Assembly (NCBI GenBank): GCA_020137815.1
Contig: CM035352.1
Coordinates: 4,650,001 to 4,714,000, forward strand
Reading direction: 5' to 3'
Source of the DNA: Hormiphora californensis
Lineage: Eukaryota > Animalia > Ctenophora
Length of the DNA: 64,000 bases
Shown here: one piece after another, positions 56,236 through 64,000 of the stretch
How positions within the stretch are numbered: the stretch's first letter is position 1
Layout of the letters: each line of letters begins with the position of its first letter
The notes under the pieces: generated by a model
Seen by the model: only the letters and a program-made list of their open reading frames with translations
What the model was told of the DNA's origin: nothing
Databases searched by the model: none
Program-made: the position numbers and the translations under genes

Positions 56236-59200
56236 TTCTTTCTTTATTGTTATCCTATTTTCAGGGAGTGTAATAAAAGCAAACCAGCGTGTAAAAAGTG
56301 CTCAGATTACTTCAACAAGTTCGGAGATGTAAGTATATGTTTTGTAATCCGTGATCTTTTTCTGTCACGAGAAGTTCATCAAATAGTTTTTCTTGGAAAA
56401 GAGGTTTAAAATTTTACTGATTCATCAAATATTGGACTCCTGATTGGTTTTCTGTCAGGGGCGGCTCTGGCCGGGTGGCCAGGTGGCCATGGCCACCCTG
56501 GACGAATTTAAGTGCACGGGGGAACATTTCATTTAAAGAAAATAAAAGAAATTCCATTCAGAAAACTAGAAACTTTGAAACCAAAATCTTTGTTTTTGAC
56601 CTGCGTCACATGTTTATGAAACCCGATAGTTGATTTATCAGTCGTTTGAAGATTTTGCGTGCTCATGATAACTGCTAGCTGGGGGATTTAACACCCTGCT
56701 CGCGATTTATCAGGCCAGTGTCCTTTTTCACGCGTTTCTCTTCATTTGAATAACATGCGTGTAAAATTCTAAGTATTGAAAATGTGTGTAAACACACAGT
56801 TCTGTCAACAAAAGAAAGGGGAAACATGTCTGCAACACGTTTCAATGTTATCTCTCTCATAAGGAGTGAAAAGAATCACATTCCATTCATTTCTCTCTCT
56901 CATTGTCTCTTTTACTGTTCATTACCTCTGACAGTGTGTATTGCCCCTAATCTTTCTCTCTCTTTCTCAAACATGTTAGGAACAGTAGATACTAAGTCTA
57001 CACACATTTTCAGGGTATCTGTTGACTATTTACCAGCAGTTCTAGTGTGTTTCACCTTGTGTTGTGTCTCTTATTTGTGTGTAATTACTATCGGGTTTCA
57101 TAAAATATGAACGTTTGTTAGCCTATCGCGTTATAGGTTTAAATCACCTCCCCCTCACCCTCGGCTGGCGCCTCGGGATCGGAGTCGGGATTTAAACCAG
57201 TTTAATCGCCCTGCCGGGCGATTAAACTCCAGTTGGCTGTCCCCAGCTCGCGCTGGGAACAGCCAACTTCATAACGCGCCAGTCTACAAACGTTCATACT
57301 TCATTTACAGATCTCGCGCGTTACATACATGGTGCTGGGGGTGGGCGGACTCTAGTGCTAACGGACTCTTTATCTAAATCCAAGGCGGACTCTATATCTA
57401 AAAACGGACTCTTTATCTACAGTTAGATTTTGAAAAAAATTTAGATAAAGAGTCCTCCCTGTGTAGACTTTTTAGATAAAGAGTCTGCCCTGTGTAGAAT
57501 TTTTAGATATAGAGTCCTCTAGTACATTTTGGCGCCAAATCCTCCAACCCGGACTCTATGACTAAAATCCTAACCCAACCCAAAACCTAACCCTAACCCT
57601 AACCTCGAACCCAAATAACGGCCCTAACACTTCTAAATTAGTATAGGGGTAGAGCAAACTCTCGTTTCCGGCCTAACGGCCGAAATCTCGAGTTCGCGGC
57701 GAAAGGCGGACTCTATATCTAATTTAGATTTATGTAGATATAGAGTCCACTTTGTTTAGACTTTTTAGATAAAGAGTCCACCCTGTGTAGACTTTTTAGA
57801 TAAAGAGTCCTCCTAGAGTTTAGAATTATTTGGACTCTTTATCTAAATCTAAATTTAGATATAGAGTCCTCTTTAGACTTAGAGTGTAGCACTAGAGTCC
57901 GCACACCGGTGCTGCTGGGTGGCGAGGACACCCTACTTCAGCTATCTTGTGTGTAAACCATGTGAAGTCGCGCGCAGCTCTGGTAAGGATTTTACACGCA
58001 TTTTCAGAGGCCAGGGTGGACAGGACACCCTAGAGATTTCAATTCAACATAACTTCGCCAAAACTTAATATTTTTCGATGCGGTTTTTTCCTACTTTCTT
58101 CTTTATCAATTCTTCACACATCAAACACAGAAAATACTCGATCAGCTTGATGGGACAGTTTGATAATTGCGTTTTAGCGTATAAAACTGCCTCAAATTGA
58201 CAAAATTGCCCTCAAAACCCCAAATTTTCCAGGGGGCTTCGCCCCCTGGACCCTGCTCGCGGGGGCTCTGCCCCCTACACCCCCGCCGGGGCTGCGCCCC
58301 TGGACCCTGCAATGGGGGGTTTCACCCCCCATACCCCCTGACCGAGGCTGCCGCCCCTGGCCCCGGACACCCTGGACGACTCGCGACCGGAGGTCGCGAG
58401 CCGCCCCTGTTTTCTGTTGTTTCATGTTGAAAGCCAAGGAGGAATGATAAAGGACTTTATTCTATTCATTTAAATGTTAATATGCTTGTTAACGAGAAAT
58501 GATAACACACCCGCCCTTTCAGCCTAAAACGTGTGACTGGTGCCGAAATCCGTCCGCTTTCAAGGGAAGCAAGTGTTTCCAGTAAGTAGGGCGCGGTGGT
58601 AGGTTTGAGTCGAAAGGTTGCGCGTCAGTACTTGTGCGCGCAAGTCACGTGACCACAGCTGACTCGATAATCAACCAGCCGGCCAGGATCTAAAACCGAC
58701 ATCGTGATCTCATCGTGACGTAATTGAGGGTTGTAGTCGGGCTATTAAAAGCTGGTGCCCCTACTTATAACGTCATCTGAAACAGGTGTAAATCCCAAGA
58801 GGAGAAGTATGGTAAACCTGCAAGGTGCGAGGGGTGCAAGAATTCAGCATACTTTGACAAAGGAATTGAAGCGAGGAAAAAGGTATCATGATGCTCATGA
58901 TTTTGCAACTTTTGTTACTGGGAATGTTTTATGTATCTAGGAATTCACTCGGAAGTGGGACTTTATTTTCCGAGTATTTCACTCGATTTATGAATTCACG
59001 GATACGTGATGATAGTTTGTAGTCATATCACATTTACAATCCCGAAACTTCCTATTAGGTTGACAACAAATGTCTCTGTTTGCTGTGTACCCTAAAATAC
59101 AAGAAGGAACTGCACAGAAGTGGCAAGTTTAAACGCAGTTCAGCTGAGATTGTGGGCAGTGAGAAGAGTCGAAAAACAAAACCCGGCACTGACGCTTCCT

Positions 59201-60426
59201 CATCCGCAGCAAATAGGTAATTCAGCTTCCGTCGAGCTCTGTTTGACGGCTTCCGACCCTGTTTTGATTCTTGGGTCGGCGCCGCCAGACAGGTCAGCTA
59301 TGCCGAGGACACAGAACTACATACCACAATTATTGAGTATGGGTACAGTGTCTAGTTATTTTGAAATGCGTTTGTTTCGTTCTATCCATGGCTGAGTTGA
59401 GTGAATTATACAATAACCTGCCCCCTAGGAATGGTGACCCCCTGTTCCACAGTAAATGGTCCCCGATATCACCAAATCTAACTAAACTCATATCCTCTCA
59501 CAACCGCCGGAGGTTGCGGTATAAACCAGATTCATCCCTTCTAGATTTATTTATGCTGTTTGACAACCCTCTTTTTTCTTTAGTCCATGTTTTCTGCTGG
59601 TTGAATTGTTTTGTTAAATTATTACTTTGAATGACATGAACCTCTAAAGTTTGCCCTCTAAATCCAGGCACTCCAGGACAAAACAGATACCAACTGATTC
59701 TGGCACCCAGTGTGATTTGTGTGGGCATGGTGGGGTCACTGAGAAGGGTGATAACACCTTGGAGGCAATCGTCCTGACTACACAATTAAAGGAAGAGGTA
59801 AGTAAAAAAGTAACCCCCCTCCCCCTCCCCGAGTGTTTCTGGTTGGTACTATGTACTTTCTTAATTCCCAATTATACTCGTGTATTGTCCTCTGGGCTTC
59901 AACGAGAGGGTTTCAGAAGGAACCCAACCATATTGACATACTTGTTTTCCAATACATTGACATAAACTACTTGACATTTGTTTTCCAATTAGATTGCCCA
60001 ACTAAAGAGACAGCTGGATACCAGGGACCGGTCCCTCATTGAGAAGGGGAAACAGTTCAATGAGCTGAGGACGGAGAAGTGGGAGGTGGAGAAGGAAATG
60101 AAGAAGAAGCTTCAAGATCAACAATTAGAGTACGAGAAACGGCTGGAAAATATGGAGGTACGCAGAGATTAACCTTTGCTACGTGCTTTTGAATGAAACT
60201 GTATTAACAGTCTGTGAAATGATTGATTGTGTCTCGGTAGCATTATCTAGTAACTTCCTATGGTCCAATCTCCAGGGTTAACATAATCCTCCCTCAGAAC
60301 ATAATCCGAGAAACGAAGACCCAGAATGGCAAGCTCAGTAAGATGCTCAAAACGAATACAAGGAAGTCAATAACGACTGTTAGTGCCTCCAACCTACTTA
60401 TGGACTCCGCAGTGGACTCGTCTTAG
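51743..60426 (+). CDS. FAM76: FAM76 family protein (Cys-rich N-terminus + coiled coil), 9 exons
   Basis: Exons 51743-51820, 54151-54215, 56265-56328, 58523-58581, 58786-58882, 59059-59216, 59668-59797, 59993-60157 and 60298-60426 are all phase-consistent. LCK|ECR, CKKC, PKTCDWC..SAF.GSKCFQC..EEKYGKP..CEGCK, RKKVDNKCLCLLCTL and QLKEEIAQLKRQL match the FAM76A/B pattern. Confidence 0.92.
51918..53769 (+). CDS. USP53/USP54-like ubiquitin-specific protease with helical region, zinc ribbons and PPxY; nested in FAM76 intron 1; split over two frames
   Basis: Cys box GITNAVGSNNCFLNCSVQALW, RFQLGFMEDAAECFE and His box YYGKHY..WLLYDD in 51918-53171. The continuation in the +1 frame to 53769 has multiple CxxC pairs and PPPPY. 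Confidence 0.88.
53831..53939. mobile_element. hAT-type MITE family A copy
   Basis: Near-identical to 11458-11566, with 8-bp TSD GAAAATAT. Confidence 0.85.
54237..55739. mobile_element. Fold-back Tc1/mariner-type MITE family B with an ~870-bp secondary insertion in its right arm
   Basis: Same TIR and palindromic body as 19430-20048, with TA flanks. Unrelated sequence interrupts it at about 54806-55673. Confidence 0.85.
57106..57298. mobile_element. Small MITE-like inverted-repeat element nested in the hAT element
   Basis: TATGAACGTTTGT / ACAAACGTTCATA termini with internal hairpins. Confidence 0.6.
57340..57907. mobile_element. TIR element (possibly Mutator-like) with subterminal repeats and a central telomere-like tract
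   Basis: TIR GGTG(G/T)GCGGACTCTAGTGCTA, many GGACTCTTTATCTA repeats and CCTAACCCTAACCCTAACC near 57586-57605. The flanks GGTGCTGGG/GGTGCTGCT form an imperfect 9-bp duplication. Confidence 0.65.
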
Positions 60427-60957
60427 CGGGCTGTATTTAGTAGGTTTTATTTGAGAGAGAGAGAGAGAGAGCTAGGGGATATTTAAAGAGAGATGTCATT
60501 GTGTTATGCTGCTGTGAGTGTTTATACTCTCCGTTTGTGTCAAGAAAGGTAATAAATCGACCGTAAAAATGAGAAAAAAAGAGTGACAGACCGTTCAGAA
60601 AGAGTTCCCTTATTTAATGTAGCAGCTTTGGGCTGCAGTGGCTCTCGGAATCCCCAGAATATATTCAAAGGTGGTCGGGGTCGTATCAGCCGTGTTTTAT
60701 CCGATTTTATAACGTTACACAATATTTAATATCCCGCCAATTCCTTCATAACCCTATCCGCAGCCCCATCTGTTAGATGGTTATTTACCAAGATTCCCGC
60801 ACTCAGATTTAAAATAATATATTTCTTATCCACCTCTTTTCAAGCGTTTGTTTTCCTCCCTCCCCCTCTAAAGTGTAACTCCTCCAAAAAGTGTTATAAC
60901 TCCCCCTCCTCTAACAAAAGCTCCATTTCCTGCTAGCGAGCTGCCGGCGCATGGCAC

Positions 60958-61366
60958 ATGTTTAGATCTTTACATCACCTGGCACGTCTCACTACAAGAG
61001 TAAGTTGTGTTCTGTCTGGCGGTGCTGACCACCTTTTTTCATTCTACAGTGTGCTCACTGCTCAGATCGAGTCGGCGCCGCCAGACAGATTCTATTAGAG
61101 ATATGATAATTTTTGAGTCGCTTAACATGAAACAGTCTGTACTGATCCTCCCTCCCCTCAGATGGAATTCCTAACAGCGGATTACCCTGCTTCCCTACCC
61201 TCTCTCAACACACACCTCTCAACACGAAGTTACCTTCTGTCCTCTCCCAAGGCCACCGGACAAGACACAACCCTTCACTCCAAGTTGTCCCCCCTCAATA
61301 TCTCACCATATCCCCATGTAGCACGCTGGTCTTCTCACGTTGCTAAAGTAGGACCACCACCAGAAG
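60958..61366 (+). CDS. Upstream exons: presequence-like peptide (60958-60999) and GST-C/EF1B-N-like domain (61162-61366); either the TyrRS N-terminus or a small separate gene
   Basis: MFRSLHHLARLTTR|gtaagt, then cag|MEFLTADYPASLPSLNTHLSTRSYLL..DTTLHSKL..YPHVARWSSHV. The second exon ends in phase 1, compatible with acceptors at 61481 and 61694. Confidence 0.6.
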
Positions 61367-61694
61367 GTGTGTTTTGTGTTTGAAGCCTCACACCTGACAC
61401 TGAATAATTCAATGCACCACCAATCAGACTGATATAGTATCTCGCTCGGTCCTCGAGACTTGGTTGTGTGACTGTTTACAGCCCCAGATGAGCAACCCAA
61501 ATCAAACCAAACTTACAACCCAGACTGATGTACCACGACTGAAGACAGAAGGGAACTTCCAGACAACAACAACAAAATGCGTTCTTGACGTAGTAAATGT
61601 TTTTTCTGTAATAGTTGTGCTCGGGTAGAACCTACCTACTTGCCCAATTACAGGTTAACATTCATCCACAGGTTAACCCCAACCAACTTCCTAG

Positions 61695-62046
61695 GTAGCG
61701 CTATGTCAGCAGGGGAACCCCGTACACCAGAGATGGTCCAGAGCAAGCTGGATATGATCTCACGAAATCTCCAGGTTAGTTCGAACTACCTCGCCATTTA
61801 TCCAGCAATGTAAAATCCTTCTACATTACAGTAATAATGGGGATATTACACCCACTGCCAATGCCACATATAATATTGACATTCCACTCTCTCTCTCAGG
61901 AAACGGTGGGAGAGGCGCGGATAAAAGAGGTGCTAAAGGAGCGAGATTTGAAGGTCTACTGGGGGACAGCCACGACGGGAAAACCTCATATCGCATACTT
62001 CGTTCCCATGATGAAAATAGCAGACTTTCTCAAGGCTGGCTGTGAG
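61695..62046 (+). CDS. YARS1: Cytosolic-type tyrosyl-tRNA synthetase, 5' core exons (gene continues beyond the window)
   Basis: Exons 61695-61774 ([10 protein letters not shown]; internal ATG at 61703) and 61900-62046 ([36 protein letters not shown]). Confidence 0.93.
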
Positions 62047-62372
62047 GTGAGTGTTGTTTGGTCCGAGTAAATCACGAAGTTCTGAAAAGTTTCAATAGTT
62101 CTTTTTTCCGTCGCCGACGGTATTTCTTACTTCATAAGACGTAAGCACTCGTGCAACTATTTTTAATAGTTTCAAACTTTTCAACACTACTTTAAACAAA
62201 TTAATTTGAGTGTTCCGCTTATAATCGATTCGATCCGTGTCAGAGTTAATTTTCTATTCTCCGATATCTTTGAGTAACGCAAATCTCTTTCACTTGGGCT
62301 TTTTGTGAACGTTATTTGAGTTTTGGGGATAGTATTAATCTCTGTCCAGGAGTGTGAGCCAGGTGTTTTAGG

Positions 62373-63665
62373 ATGAACAGTATGACTATGAGAATTGATG
62401 ACGTAGAGATAACGAGTAAAGATGAGTTTGATAGAGCTCTTAAAGCTCTGACTTATAATAGGTGTAGTGGTGAGCATGTCTTAGATCGTCTTCGGGTGGG
62501 TGGGGATGCTCCTCTGTTCAACAAAGACAATGCCTGGGAACTTCTCTGTGCTGCTTATTCCTTGATTCCAGACAACCCGAGGGTGAGATTCGATAGTGGT
62601 GTTAGTTCCGTATTGGACACGTCCCTGGGGGCGAGTGTGGCGGATGTACTGAAAGAAAGCTTTGAGAGTCTGAAGATGGAATTGCTTGCGGTGGTTGAGC
62701 AGAAGGTGGAAGACAAGGTGAGCGAGTTGCATGGAAGAAAGGAGGTGGTTGTAGAAGACGAAGGTCCGGTTGCACCTGTGAGGAGGTATGTTGATATAAG
62801 GTTGGATAGTAGTGATGCTGAAGGTACGACCCCAGTCTGTCCAAAGACGCAGTGGGCGGAAGTGGTAAAACCCCAAGTGGAAAAGGCTTTGAAGGGAGTT
62901 CCAGTGTTGAACGCGGTAGTGAACAAAGGCAGTGTGCGGCTATCGTTCCAGAATGAGGACCAACTAAAGGAAGCTAACAATGTTTTACCACCAGCTCTTG
63001 GTCAGGAGGTTCAGATGGTCACAGAGACGAAATCGCTTCTTGACCCAAGAATTTCAATTGGTGATCTTGCACAGGACCTACTTGACAAGGAGACTTTAAT
63101 CTTGGAGTTAACTAGTGGAAAGAATGAGGAAATTAAGAAGCTGGTGGATCAGGGTGGCAAGGTGAAAGTGGTTCATATGAATCCCACTGGAAGGTTTGCA
63201 GTTCTCCAGGTAACTCCAGAAATAAGGAATGTAATCGCCCAGAAAGGGGACAAGGTATTCCTGAAGCTGAGACAATATTGGATCAGAGACAGGTATCATG
63301 TGGTACAGTGTTTTCACTGTCAGGAGTTTGGACATGTAGCAGGGTCGATCAGATGTACAAAGAAGGATGGAGATGCGGTGTGTGCTTTCTGTGCTGGAGA
63401 TCATGAGACTCGGAGTTGTGGTCACAAGAAGAGGAATGACACAGGGAAATTGAACTGTGTTAACTGTCAGAAGAGTAATAGCAGAGAAGATAGGAGACAT
63501 TCTAGGTCACATCTTGCATCCAGTACTCTGTGTCCATTCTACATTAATGAAAGAACTAAGCTTATGGAGAAGACAAGTGGCGTGAAGAAAGAGGCAAAAA
63601 ATGGTTATCGGACGAGGGCCATGGAGGAGTTGAAGAGAAGACGACTTGGAGGATTGGGACATTAA
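62373..63665 (+). CDS. LINE ORF1 (gag-like, three Cys/His knuckles), intact, 430 aa, in a TyrRS intron
   Basis: CFHCQEFGH..C, CAFCAGDH..C and CVNC..H..CP, followed directly by an endonuclease ORF. Confidence 0.9.
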   Translation: MNSMTMRIDDVEITSKDEFDRALKALTYNRCSGEHVLDRLRVGGDAPLFNKDNAWELLCAAYSLIPDNPRVRFDSGVSSVLDTSLGASVADVLKESFESLKMELLAVVEQKVEDKVSELHGRKEVVVEDEGPVAPVRRYVDIRLDSSDAEGTTPVCPKTQWAEVVKPQVEKALKGVPVLNAVVNKGSVRLSFQNEDQLKEANNVLPPALGQEVQMVTETKSLLDPRISIGDLAQDLLDKETLILELTSGKNEEIKKLVDQGGKVKVVHMNPTGRFAVLQVTPEIRNVIAQKGDKVFLKLRQYWIRDRYHVVQCFHCQEFGHVAGSIRCTKKDGDAVCAFCAGDHETRSCGHKKRNDTGKLNCVNCQKSNSREDRRHSRSHLASSTLCPFYINERTKLMEKTSGVKKEAKNGYRTRAMEELKRRRLGGLGH

Positions 63666-64000
63666 ATGTTCACTCTCTAATGAATAAGACTGCTGGAGTT
63701 CTTACCCACCTGGAGGATAAAGCATGCGATGTGTGTCTTGTCCAAGAAACATACCTGAAGCTAACCGACACTGCTAAACTACAGGAGATAAAGGAAAATG
63801 GTTGGAACATTTACTCGAGCCCGAGGAATGAGAGGTCAGGTGGAGGAATCGGGGTACTTTATCGTGATGGAGTGGTGGTGAAGCTGGCACCGGTGAAGTA
63901 TAAGTTTAAGACCTTTCAAGTCCAGGAAGTGTTGGTTGGTGGAGAGGATGATCTGGTGAGGCTGTGTAACATTTACAGGCCACCTTATACCGGTAAAGCA
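63560..64000 (+). mobile_element. LINE ORF2 start (APE endonuclease), runs off the window
   Basis: In the -1 frame relative to ORF1: IGTLNVHSL, DVCLVQETYL, RSGGGIGVLY and NIYRPP. Confidence 0.9.

Larger units (their letters stand above)
56456..58409. mobile_element. 1.95-kb non-autonomous hAT element in FAM76 intron 3 containing nested elements
   Basis: TIR CAGGGGCGGCTC / GAGCCGCCCCTG with 8-bp TSD TTTTCTGT. Confidence 0.88.

Overview
Gene-dense eukaryotic (animal) DNA with short GT-AG introns, many (GA)n microsatellites and MITEs. The repeat families resemble ones I recall from the ctenophore Pleurobrachia, but I could not verify this. Host genes reconstructed exon by exon: a membrane adenylate cyclase (- strand, partial), Flightless-I (+), CCT-alpha/TCP1 (+), macoilin (-), FAM76 (+) and the 5' part of a cytosolic-type tyrosyl-tRNA synthetase (+). 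Several genes are nested in introns: a divergent 7TM GPCR antisense in an adenylate cyclase intron, two orphan ORFs and a two-ORF TE-derived cassette in Flightless-I introns, and a USP53/54-like deubiquitinase in FAM76 intron 1. The most interesting candidate is the TyrRS 5' end. Phase-compatible exons could add a mitochondrial-presequence-like peptide and a GST-C/EF1B-like domain, which suggests dual targeting. Mobile DNA includes a decayed CR1/L2-group LINE, a young LINE with a possible -1 frameshift junction, and hAT, Tc1/mariner and TTAA-flanked MITEs, some nested. Three conserved genes each carry a single extra base in a short homopolymer, probably assembly errors. All gene models are manual predictions without transcript support.
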